From contig NW_026250414.1 of NCBI RefSeq assembly GCF_024521635.1, forward strand, positions 744,001-808,000: a stretch of DNA of 64,000 nt, written 5' to 3'. The number at the start of each line of letters is the position of its first letter. Position 1 is the stretch's first letter. Under the pieces are notes generated by a model. It saw nothing but the letters and a program-made list of their open reading frames with translations. It had not been told where the DNA came from and searched no databases. The DNA comes from Tricharina praecox (taxonomy: Eukaryota). Shown here one piece after another: positions 12,733 to 24,917 of the stretch. A program made the position numbers and the translations under genes.

Positions 12733-15054
12733 GGGGTGAGGGGAGGAGGGAGGGAGGCGGGAGGGGGAGGTCGTCTTTACTCTACCTAGTAGCTAGTAAT
12801 GAGCTTGCGATTGAGTAGGGCAACTCGGCGACACGAAAGCCCGTATGTAGCCACCAGTCGGTGCAGATTCCAACTTCCCTTCAAGGGCTGGGTACATAGG
12901 CCTTCACAACGAACATTCACTCTAGAGTCTACACCCACCCATGTGGTCAGGTGATAACCATCACTCGGGTAAAATAAAAACGTCTGCCGAGCTAAAAGAA
13001 GATATTGGAGCTATCCCCACACGCGGAGGTTATATATGCTAGAAACCCCGCAGCCTTAACTAAGGTTGAGAGTCTTACGCTCTATGTACGCTCTATGTAC
13101 GCTCTATGCCTGTATCGCTTGAGCTTGAGCTATAGTAGGTAGCGCGGCGAATAGAGACTCAAGACTCGGGAGTCAATTGTCAATTGTTACTTGGATAAAA
13201 ACCTGTGAGCGAGTGGTGGTGGTAGATCTATGTACTAGATAGTAGAGATATGGGAGACGGACAGAGATACCGTAATCAATCCGATACAGCAACATCAGCA
13301 ATACCAGAAACAGCAGTAACGCAGCGAGGTCTCTCTTTATATAGGTAGATACAGACTTCTCGGTCCGAAGTTTGCTCGCCCCAGGCGGCACTCGCTCCGA
13401 AGGGTACTCGCCCCGGAGCCCACCACCCGCCGTTCGCCGCGGAACTTTATTCGCGCTGACGTCTGGGGGCTGACATCTCCAGGCTAACATCTCTGGGCGT
13501 CTAAAGTTTGGCATGTATGTAGAGAAGGAGTATGGAGTATGTAGTAGCAGGCGATGAGGTTTAAGTGACAAGAATAGTAGGCTGCCGGTTACAGGTTCTC
13601 GATTCTCCGGGCTCATAGAGGCGGCGGACTTGGAAACTACACATACACATACCATTGCATACCATTGCATACCATTGCAATTACCTGCATCTGCTTGACT
13701 CAATTGGATAACGATTGAGTGCGCAGTCGCGGTTTGAACTTTGAACTTTGTGCAGCGGTAGGTACTTGGGTAGAGTATCGGCGGCGCGTCATGGGGGAGC
13801 ACTCGTGGTAGGAATATTCAATCAACTTTTGGCGCTAAGTAATAGTAGTAAGTGGCGCTGAGGTATTCGAGTACCGGTATCTGAGTGGCTGATACATTCA
13901 AGTAGGTACTCGAGTAAGAGCTTAAGCACCAATCTCCCCAGCCGGAAGGTACATGGCACAACTCCCTATGATCACAAAGATCGTAGGTTTATGGTCGGTC
14001 CTGTGGCGATCTGCCCAGTGCAGAGCGATAGTATGTACAATCAGGGTACATGCTGTGCGTGCGTGCGCCTCGCCACCGCCGCTCACCAACGTTTGACATC
14101 CAATCTCCCGCCAGATCTCGACGGCGGTCAAATCACAGCCAGTCTCTACCTGACTACCCTACTTTTACAGCCAGCCAAGCTTTTGCAGTTGCCTCTCACG
14201 CGTTGCAGTCGCTATCTACTCAAGGGCCAATCCCCGTATTACCATCCCGGTGAACGAAATTCCCATACATACTAGGTATATCCAATTGGCAGTATGTAGT
14301 ATGTACTATAACGCTCTAATCAGTAATACTAATCGTGGCTGCCACGCATTCGAACGGTGAACCACGCGATAATCGGCCTGCATAATGTGTAGCTGTGCCG
14401 CTCACTACCTACATAGCTATTCTTCCCGCATCCCGCCTGCCGTCTTGCCTTGCCGGGACCAGGGGTGCGTGCGGTACGTTTTGTGCGCACTTGATACGGT
14501 ACATAAAGCCTACAGGCACCCCCCTTCCCTCCCAAATGTGAACCAAAACGAACCGAAAATAAAAAAAGGCAAATCAATCATGGCACTGACAAATTTAAAT
14601 ACGAATTCGACAAGTGAGGTAGGTGAGTGAGTTCCAGACCGAAATGCTCACCAACGAAACGTGGGGAATGGATGGCAATACACGAAGTACCTAACTAGAT
14701 TCGCTGGAATACGAAGGAATATCTAAGCTCCAACCCAGCAGTGCTGGATGGATAGCATGGGGAAGTCAAGAGATTGAATAGAGATATCTCGCCTTCCGTT
14801 TCCATTGATACCTGTAGTTAGTCTCCACTTCACACCCATCCGAGGAGGTGCGAACCGGCCTTGGAATTATATTCATAGACAGTCACTCGGAGCACTCAAC
14901 GCTTGGAAAAGAAGCAGCTGATAATTTATTAGCATTGTACTGGACCCACACATCACACATTCAACCCAGCCACGGCACCAAAGTTACATAGTTCTCACCA
15001 CTACTAACCACATTCATCTGCTCCCGCCAACATGAGTCCTCCATCGCTCCGTCA

Positions 15055-15470
15055 CAATGTCTCTCACACATGGTCAGGAGGAAAGCCGATGTCATCCTCT
15101 CGCACAGCGGCCAGAACAACAACATTTTGGCCAAAGGCCATGCATGCCTCCCATGCATGGCAGGAGGAAAAACCTTTAAAAGGAAGAAAACCTCCGCGTA
15201 TAACGTGGGGGTAGTAAACCACGTTACACGCGTATAACTTGGGGGGGACAGTAGCCCAGTTATACTTCTTTGGTTTTTTTGTTTGCTCGTCCAAAACCGT
15301 GACCCGTATTTCCCCCGATTTCGGAGAGGTGGGGCCTTGGCCATGCATGTCTCTCACACACACGCATGGCCAGGAGGAGAGACCTTTGCTGTCACAGGCT
15401 CATACAGCAAAGGAAGAAAACCTCCGCATATAACTTGGGGGGGGGGGGGGTAGTAACCAAGTTATACTTC
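15055..15470. repeat. Degenerate repeat units built from several hairpins
   Basis: Recurrent CCATGCATG..CATGG(C)CAGGAGG and AAAGGAAGAAAACCTCCGC(G/A)TATAAC..GTTA blocks at ~15135-15270 and ~15338-15470, partial unit at ~15057. Confidence 0.75.
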
Positions 15471-16014
15471 TTATTTTTTCCTTCCCCGTCAGGAGGCCAT
15501 CCAACGGGAGCAAATCGGCAAGTCGAGTGGATGCTTGAGGTTGACAGCATATTGGAGACAACGTTCTGGACTTGCGGGGGCCCTGCAGGAGGGGGGTTAG
15601 TTCTAGTAGTCATCGTGAGAACTTGATTCTCAGGAACTTCGTCTCCTGGAGTCGGTAGTCCTCCGTTGCGGAAGTTCGATGTAGACGCCGTTGTGTCTGT
15701 ATCGGTGGTGGTTTCGGATGAATCGTCAGGTTCTTCCGTGGAAGATATTGCGTCAGGTCTGGCAAGCAATTGATGTCTCCGTCGGAGGATCTGGGCTGCG
15801 GCCTCGTAGTTTCGTAGGTTTCGTAGTTGCTGGTCGTAATAAGGCTCACCGCAGGGTGGATTACCTAGCCCTAGCCTGGTTTCCAACCAATTCCTACCTT
15901 GCGTACCTTCCGTCGTGTTGCTCGTTGGTGCCCGTTGTGCACACTTCAAGTCACGTGATAGTCAGTAGAACACGAGGTTAGATCTTGACAAACCAATTCA
16001 GACGTCGATGACAT
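15392..16014 (-). CDS. Possible orphan gene (MSSTSEL|CAQRAPTSN...); exons 16014-15994 and 15943-15392
   Basis: ATG exon followed by a canonical 50-nt intron (GTTTGT..CTGAC..AAG, 15993-15944) that splices in frame into the 185-aa ORF; TATTTAA upstream near 16355; no recognisable domain, and the 3' end runs into the hairpin repeats. Confidence 0.3.
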
Positions 16015-16796
16015 AATTCGCGAGTTATTGGATCAGACTGAAGTTGACGAGGCTTGAGAACGAGCTTCCGGGTTTGGCGCACCAGATGAGGGGGGCCAGG
16101 GCCAGAGGGGCCTCAGCCGACCTGTACGTGGCGGGGTTGTGGTCACGGGTACGCAAGGCAGGTTACAGAGGAAAAGAGAGGGGCGAGTTTAGGGTAATAA
16201 AGAGAGAGTCTAATAAGACACTTAGAGTAGTGGCACACTCAAGGAATCACTAGGAGGAATCACAGGGCAGGACTAGTCCTTAGAAAGTAAACGGTCAGAA
16301 AAGAGAACCAATAAGCGGCAGCCTAAGAAAAGTGAGGGGGGCACACCCCCGATTAAATACATCGGTGCGGCGAATATTGGCCGACAGACTAAGCCATTTC
16401 GAGACCCCCATTGACGCTAGCGCCCCAGGTTACCGCGCCGGCACCGCCAGGCCATCGTCAAAGGTAACAAGTCAGAGTCAAAACAAAGCAAAGGTGTTGT
16501 GCAAAAAAGGAGCCCATCCCGGCAACACCCCGTCAGTCCACAAGTCGAGCGTCTTGGCGTTAGTACCCTCCTCTGGTCCACGTCCAGAGGTCGAATACCG
16601 TCGCCAAGACGTCTTCCCAAAAGACGTCCCACAATTCCAAGGTGTCGACATATGTTTAACATCAAACGGTGTCACTCGGCGTACGAGTGAGCAACTATGA
16701 ACACATTTCCACAGCGCGGAATAGCTACAAACGTGAGATGGTGGCCAGCACGTTTGCTTGTTTTTCATGATGAACTCTCTACGAGCAGGCATGTGT

Positions 16797-16985
16797 AGAT
16801 GAGGCTTGTATCTTTTCTGTACACTTGTGGAATCACACGCTGCCGTGGGTGTTGGCGCGGATTATGTAGGATTGTAACTTTCCAAGGGTTCCATCTACGC
16901 AATGACAACCCGCACCAACACGGAACCAACACTACCTACCATTATGACAACTAGCTCAGCTCTGCACTTGGTAGCATTTGAATTA
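16797..16985 (-). pseudogene. Probable NB-ARC (NLR) fragment, inverted paralog of 32526-32724
   Basis: Clear nucleotide match to 32526-32724; with frameshifts it translates to ELVVIMV..WFR..VVI..VDGTLGKLQSYIIRANTHGSV, resembling Walker B and the following GS[IV]L[IL]T[TS] motif. Confidence 0.45.
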
Positions 16986-19900
16986 GTGGGAATGGAGGAT
17001 TGCAATGACTTGACAATAGTTCGCCTCGGCCCAAAGGAACTTGCGTGTAAGACAATAGCAGTATCACTATGTCAGCCTTAAATCGGCCTTCTCACTTTGT
17101 AAGCCTCAAGACTTTCCTCAGGCCTATGTAGTCATTATTGGCATGCATAGCCCCGGCATACAATAATACCTGTGAAACTGGCAGGTTTTGTGAGGCATTA
17201 TGTGATAGGTACATATGTCAGCCTGAGACAGAAAATTATTAGAGCGCCACATGCCCGACTTCCTTACAAGCATGATATAAGCGTCGGATAAGCCTTATTC
17301 AAAACTACGGGTTCTATCACCCTTATGAATTCATAACGCATATGCGAAAATATGTAATCCAGATGCCGCAGGGGACAATGAGCATACTAGGACAACGGTA
17401 CAACTTCAGTTGCAAGCTCAACCACTGCGCAATGATCGATCGGAGACGGACATCCGCGCCCGCCCGCCCGCTCGATGCGCTTTCCGCCCGCCATCAGCCA
17501 TCAGCCCTCGCTCGGTCAACACGCGATCACTCGACGGTGGCTGCACCACGGAGCACACATTGCGGCGGAAAAACGCAGTTGATCACACTACGTGAAAATG
17601 GCCGGGAACCTTATTTTTCATACCGGTATCACTCGCTTTTGTTTTTGGTCCCGTAGCTCCTCTGGCGGGTGTTGGTATGATCCGTTAACCGAGAGGCTGC
17701 TGCCGCCGCGTGTATTTTCCCAGCGTATGTATGTACGTACCCAAGCGACGTTACTATGCCTACTGTCCGCCCCTCCCCCCCCGAGTCCCTGCCTTCCGGT
17801 GGCCACAATGTCAAATGCTCTCTTCCGCGCTGGGATATCCGGTGAGGTCTGGTGATGTGCTGCTGGAGCCTAGGTTTTGAACGTGCCTACTAGGTGCCTA
17901 CTAGGTAGTAGGTAAGTGGCACGCCAACTCGGCACCTATCATATATGCATCCGAGTCGGTGGGTTGTACATATATGGCATATGGTACATACAGCGGCCTT
18001 CCCCCGCTCGATACCTATCTATATCATTCATACATACACACATACGACCCGACTCGCCGGACCGGCCGGCAGGCAGACAGGTAGGCACTTCCTCTTGCTA
18101 CACACGCTACATACGCCACAAACACTTTGCTTTGCTTTTGCTGAAGACGGCAGCAGTACTCCGGATCGGGATCACGTTCTATGGGGGATGCATCACGCCA
18201 TCCTTCCATCTAGTATTCCCAGGCGCCGTCAGACACGTGAAGAATTTGTGTACATAGGTACATATGTGAGGGGGATGGCGAATCTCAGTCAGTCGGAAGC
18301 GTGGACCGCGGATACGATTACCCAGAAAGGGAGGAACCGCGTCTCGGCGAGAGGGAAGGGTTCTCGTCTCGCCTCGCTCAACGGTCGGCGGACGATTGCT
18401 GGATGATTGCTGGACCGTGATCACTCACTCCCTCCCTCCCTTCCTCCGATTGCACATTACACATTACATTGCATCGCATCGAACCACTTCCTGTCATCGT
18501 TACATAGATACTAGTTGGTACATACATAGCTCCGTGGTCGTACTGCTTAGTATGGAGTACACGGATATCGTGGGTGGATCTGCAGCATCAGCCATCCTCG
18601 GTTTGTGATTTTGCCCTGCGTCGTGCGTGTGCGAGCCTCGTTTATCAGCGAGATCCATCGTAAAGCTTGTGCATCACCACGGATGGGTTTTCGTCTCGGA
18701 TTAGTATATTACAATTGTGAAGCGTGACAGCCCCCCCTTCCCCCTTGCCGCGGGTTCGGAGCCGGTCGGGAACACAAGGGTGGGTACTTATGTACATAGA
18801 ATGTACATAAAATGAATTTGGATGCAGTGGCAACTGGTCGGCTGAGTTGGTTTGGTGAGTTAGTCGGTGAAGATGGCCAGAATAGGTAGATTGCCATGCT
18901 ATGCCATGTGTGTGTAGTATTCACGAATATGGTTCTTCCCATGTTCTCTCCATATTCTCTCCCCATCGTTTCTCCGTTGCTTGAGCTCGAGGTGTTCCAA
19001 TCCGATTCAATCCCACAGAGACAAACAAGAAGATGCCGGAGCTTGGAACTTGAAAAGGCCCAAGGGGGGATTTTCATGTACCTAATTGTAGACTTGTAGC
19101 TGTGGGAGATCCAGAACATCATATCTCACTCGGCCCTGGCCTTCACCCGGTCCCGGTGAAATATCGTCGTCGTACAGATGAGGGGAGGGGGGGAAGCAGA
19201 TTCGAGGCAGTCTTCAGCTTTATAAGGCGAACATACTCTAGAATCTAGATGTCACTCCACCGATCTAGATAGCCGCTGAGCCGCTGGGCTCTTCTACTTC
19301 TGCTTCTGCTTCTTTGGCCGATCGTCACAGCCTCTTTGGCCGATTGTCGAGCATGAGCACTAGCATCGTCACTAGCATCATTACTCGGTAGTTCGCGAAA
19401 GGGACGATCGCCCACTTAATCTTCCTCTCGATCGTCCACTTGATCGACCGGATGATATCATCCGAAGAATCAAGATCTTTCGAAGCTGCACGAGATTCAT
19501 TTTCCGTTTACTATGTTCTCCAGGCGCAGTACGCTAGTGCTTCAGTGCTCCAGTTCTCCAGTTCTCCAGTGCTCAATCAGTCACCGGGGAAAATCAGGCG
19601 TACCTGGGTAAGTAGTTATCAGTGAGCAACGTAGTGTGGCTGTTGTTCTTTCAGTTCCACGACTCCGATTCAAATGACTGATATGTACATACTACGTACG
19701 CCATCCCAGCAAAACCCAGCTCAGCAAAGCCTAGCGCAGCCACTCTCTGCTGGGCTTACGATTTCACATCCGTATCACTACCGATCCTAAAAGCCCATGT
19801 ATGTACAGAGTACAAACGAAACACGCCTCCAGGAGTCCAGTAGTCCAGTAGTCCAGGAGTCCAGGAGTCCATGGGGGCACAGATCCCCGTGTACCCATCT

Positions 19901-22900
19901 GTTGCGCAGAGCAATCTACAATTACATACCTAGCTAAACTTCTAGATCATAGTAGATTCACGTGTGCAGCCAGCAGGGTGGTTTCTTTTGGGTGGAAGGG
20001 TGCGTCCGATCCCTTACACCTGACGTCTCACAGCTTAGAGCTCACAGCTCGCACTCGCACCGGATTGCCACTTCCCCGGAGTATTTTTCTTTTATGTACT
20101 TTTTCGTTTTGCTGGTGGGCGGGGGATTGCACGGTGCGGCGTGGGAAAGGAAACAATGGGGCTACATGCTACCTAATTACATACGTCTGCTTCCTGTTTC
20201 TGCCTGATGCCGTTTGATGCCACCAGCACCCAGCACCAGCACCAGCACAACCGACGACGACGACGACCAATACCACCACCAATACCATCACCACCACGAC
20301 CACCACCAGCAGCACCGCCGCCGGCGCCACCATCAGGCAAGTCCTTACCCAGTCCGTCCCGTGGTGCGTCCGTACTGCTGCATACTATACTAATCTACCG
20401 ACAGGATGGCTGCTTTACCCCAGAATAGCGCATGTTGCCTTCCGATGATGCCTCCGCTCTACCATTCCACAGGGTGTGTGCTCGCCCGCCCGCCCGCTCG
20501 CTGCGGGAACGGAAACTCACAAGTAGGTAGTTTTCGGTTTTCATGTCCGACTAATTGTCGTTGTTGTGTATCGCTCGATACTCCGCCCGTGACATTCTGC
20601 CGTTGTTGGGGCCGGGACCACCACCGCGGGGCTCATGGCTGGTGCACTGGGCCGGCCGGCTGGCCTGCAATCTACCGCAAGCCGCTGTCTTTCGGCCCCA
20701 CGACAGCGGCGACAACGGAAGACGACGACGACGGTGGTTCGTTATCATTCGCTTATCCCTCCGTTCATCTTGATCGCCCATCCATCAATCCATCCATCTA
20801 TCCATCCATCCAGCTAATCGTCAATGCATGTCCCGTGACCACGCGTAACCGATGGTGACTGCGCGGGGATGGGAGACACCCGATGTGACATACAGACATC
20901 CGATGACGGTAGTTTTCCACTGGGGGGATCTTATCTGGTGCGATGGATGGATGTGCATGGCGAAAAGCTGTGGACCTGTGGTGGCCGGCGGCAGTGGCGC
21001 GTGGAGTAACGTTGTCCCGCGTACGCCGCAATCTTAGGGGCGGATGGGTGGTGGGTGGGCGGATGTGTGTGTGTATGTATGTATGTAGGTGAGAAGTAGG
21101 TATGTACGTACATAATGTATGCACCTACCGTACTCGACCAACGACTCGATGCACCACAAAGTCCGTACAAGTACCGTACTATGCATACGTTGCAAGCTTG
21201 ACTGCATATGTATCCGCCTAGCTACTTGGCCACTGTCCGTCCGTCGTCCCGAAGAGTGAGTGGTACGGTGGCGCGAATTGAAGGGAGTATCAATCGTATT
21301 CCGGCAGCGAAGACTCTGGCGAAAGCGGGATTGAAAGCGATTCGAAGAGAGCGGAAGCTGTGGAAGGCGAAAATGATTTTTGCCCCCACGTGGGCACTTC
21401 GGAAATTTGATCGGTAGCCAGGTATGGTTCGTGGAGGAGGGGGGAGGGGGCGGAAGTGTGACTGGGTGAGCGGGGTTTTGCTGCTGCAGTCGACTTGTTT
21501 GGTGGACCGGCGAGTGAATGTGGAGTGAGGTGGGATTAAAGCCCGGGAAAGTTGGAGGTTAGGGTAACTCCTATGGATGTGCACCGTAGCCTTGCGTTGG
21601 GCCGCAACGCAACAGATCCCAGCTCATTGGCGGGCTGGACATTCGCATTATCGTTCGTTTGTGGCGGGTAGTTCTCGGCCTGGATCATTCTCTTGTCGGT
21701 GGTGACGCTGAGCTCCCCGGGTGGCTCTGGAGTGCGACTGACTTTCTGGTATTGGCCAGGACGCGATTAGAGTCAGCTGGGCCATTCCATACCGAAATAA
21801 GCATACGCTAACATGGAGTCATGGCCGGCGGCATCGATCGTTCGTCCACGCTGCTGCGCGTTGGATCGCTGCGAGGGGAAAAGACCGGATTGACCGACCA
21901 GGTGCTCACACTTTTCTTTTCATCCCGTAAGCCAGTATATCGAATGTGAGATCATATGTTGGACTCACTCGTCTCGCCGTACGATGAGCCAAAGATATGG
22001 GAAACGGTACAGGTAAATACGTACAAGTGCCGTCACGTGTGGTGATATGTGCCATCCGGAGGAGGGAGAGGGCAGAGGATCTGAGCTGGTTGGTAGCCAC
22101 CGCCTACGTCTCCCTCCCGTCACGATCGACGGACGACTCTGTCTCGACATGGCTCCACTGGTAGCGAGAAGTCGAGCAAGACCCGGAGGCCACCTGCTTC
22201 AGCGAGCAAACTCTATCGTTCTGCCGGGGAGAAGCCGGTTCCGGCCAGTCAATCATGTGCGTATATCTGCATCTTCGTTTCCTCCCTTCTCCTTCTCATC
22301 TGTGATACATACAATACCTACATGTCCAGAACCTGGCGTATCCATTTACCGGATGAAACAGAAGAGAAAACAAAAGGCTTGTCGAAAGTCAAAAAGTGAG
22401 ATGTAGACGGGCAGCTGGCGAGCCCGCCCAGCCCTACCTACTCGTTCCGAAGGATACTAATCCTCTCAATAAACAGGTAATATAAAAAGGTTTGACGGCG
22501 ATTGGCATCCGGGGATGTTATCATCCGTCTGCCGCTCCCGCAAACCTCTCCCCCCAGGCTTTCACCGGACCATCGTGGCCGGTTCCACTGGAAGATGGGG
22601 GGCAGAGATGAGTTAGGCACGCTGCGCGCGCGGGTGCAAAAATCAGAGATTTGCAGGCGTGAGCGTGAGGATCGAACACAAAGAACCAACTTGACCTAGC
22701 ATCCAATGCTGCAGCCGCAGTCCCAAGAATAGCCGCCTCTGCAGGCGTCGTGATGTTTGTTCCGCCCCGCCTACTCCAGTAGTTAGCGGCGATCACTGGC
22801 TGCGTATATGCGTGAGCTCACGCTTGAAGCTTTTTCGTTTCGATGCAATTCTGGTGATATCCAGACCATGGATGTCTCCGGCCCCGGGTCTAGAGTATCC

Positions 22901-24075
22901 GAATGGTAGGTGTGTTGCGTAACCATTGTGTTTGACTCTCTCGTACGTGGTTTACACGCAATGTATCCTCCCTCCCTCCCTCCCATCCTTACTTCTGCAA
23001 CTGTCCTCTTGCTGTGTTGTGGTGGTGATGGTGGTGGTAGGTACCCGGTTCTTGTTCTATCCATGTGCCAGAGCAAGCAGTCAAACGTCTAACGGTTATT
23101 CCCAACGGTTGGACTGCGTGCGTACACGGCGGCACAATGATTGTCGACAGTGACGGGCTTATGGCCTCATACCTTTTGTTTCTCTCCGCCAAGGTACGAA
23201 GTTGCAAACATCACTTCCCCCCTCCCTCCTTCGTTCCCTCCCCCGTTCCCTCCTTCACATAAAAAACATCTCCGAAGCTGAAAACAGCCATTTGCAGAAA
23301 AGAGTATGAAAGACAGCAGCAACAGGGTGTGTATGTTTGCTCGCTCGCCCCCGGCCATGTGGTTCATCTTGAAGGTGCGGTCACCAGTGCGGATGGGACG
23401 TGTTGGGCGGCGGCGGCTGCCGGCAATCCGGCGATTCACACCGCACCGCACCACGTCTTCCGCTTGGACAAACTCCAACTTTGGGGTTCCGGCTCATCTG
23501 GTTGGGGATGAAATGTGACTGGATGCATCATGTTGGCTATCAGTGGGCCATGCAGACCGAAGGCCCAATTGCAAAGCCGAACGCCGCAGCGCCGCCCAGC
23601 GCCCTAGCTTTGACTCAGCCGACTGCAAGTGACTTGTTCCGGATCCAGCGCCAGTTTTCCCAAATTATCTGTCTTTTTTTCCTTTCCTTTCCTTTTCTTT
23701 TCTTTCCTTCTTAGTGTGGGGTGTGTTTGTGTGTCCCGCCGTGTCTCTGTGGCCTGTCATTGCACTGGGCTATCAGGTTAGGCGTGATGGGATTACGGGG
23801 CTTCATGCTCATGGACACAACAGTGCATATTCCCCCCGGCCACCACCAGCCTCCCTCCTCGTCTCTACGATGATGGGTGGGTGTGTATGGAGGGGGGATG
23901 GGGAGTAAAGGCGTCATGCAGTGCAGGTCTGTCCCAGAGATCAACTCTTATCGATCGTATTCCCTTCCCTCTGTCATTGTTGTTGTTCGCGCTCGGAAGT
24001 CTTTTTACGTCCAGAGACCACCGGTCAGTGGCCACCTCCATTCGTGCCCTATATCAAGCTCAGAACTGAACGGGG

Positions 24076-24083
24076 TATTTAAA
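24076..24083 (+). promoter_or_regulatory. TATA-like box of the microprotein gene
   Basis: TATTTAAA followed by a CT-rich initiation-like tract and an ATG-free leader up to 24744. Confidence 0.45.
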
Positions 24084-24743
24084 TCATCCAGTCCCCTCCT
24101 CTTCCTCCTCCTCCAGTCGGTCCGTTATATCGATCCCCCCTCAACCGTTGCAATCCTCAACATCTCCAGTCGATCTTCATCCACAGGATAATTAACGTTG
24201 TTGTTCTTCTCCCTTTCCCGGAAACAATCTCAGCGGTTTCTCTTTTCCACCGTCACCCTCTCCTCCTCCTCATTGTGGGCCCAATCTTCGAGACCCCCTC
24301 CTTCCTCCGGTTCAAGTTCGAGTTAGCTACCGTTGTCTGTTCAGGGGTTGCTTGAGCGTTAAACCCCAGAAACGGCATTTGATCTCGCCTCTCGCCTCTT
24401 TTTCTTCGGCCCGTTCCGTCGAGCCGTTTTTTCTTCCCGTCTCGCTGCACGTCTCACCACCCCAGCAAGAAAAAAAAACCTCCGAACCAACGGGCTTTCA
24501 CCAAAATCCGGGGGGTACATATCCAACACACCCAACGAAAAACACCTGGCGATCCCCTCTACACACACATAAAAAAAAGAGCGAAAAACATAGCTTGGAG
24601 AGCTCCTCCTTTCGGACGGACGAGAGAAGAAAAAAAGAAAAAAAAAACCTTGTTCGCTCCCATACGAACCGGACGAAAACCTCGGAATAAAAAGAAGAGG
24701 AGAGGAAACTAGCATACGCCGCCGCACGAGAAAAAAAACAGTA

Positions 24744-24917
24744 ATGTGCAACTTCGAAAAGATCACATACACCGCTTGTGGGCACGCAGTTCGCCGGTTG
24801 ATCGGTTACTGCCATTTCGCGAGAAATGACCCGTTTCACCAGTGCTTCGGCGTCCAGACCACCAAGCGCGAGCGGATCGTCCAAGGCCAGAAGTGCCCCC
24901 ACTGTGGCGATCTCTAG
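24744..24917 (+). CDS. 57-aa Cys/His-rich microprotein MCNFEKITYTACGHAVRRLIGYCHFARNDPFHQCFGVQTTKRERIVQGQKCPHCGDL
   Basis: Complete ATG..TAG ORF with coding-like codon use (C/G-ending), 6 Cys and 4 His in an MC-x9-CGH..CH..HQC..CPHC pattern; probable 5'UTR intron 24515-24741 (GTACAT..CAG) ends 2 nt before the ATG; T-rich 3' flank. Confidence 0.8.
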   Translation: MCNFEKITYTACGHAVRRLIGYCHFARNDPFHQCFGVQTTKRERIVQGQKCPHCGDL

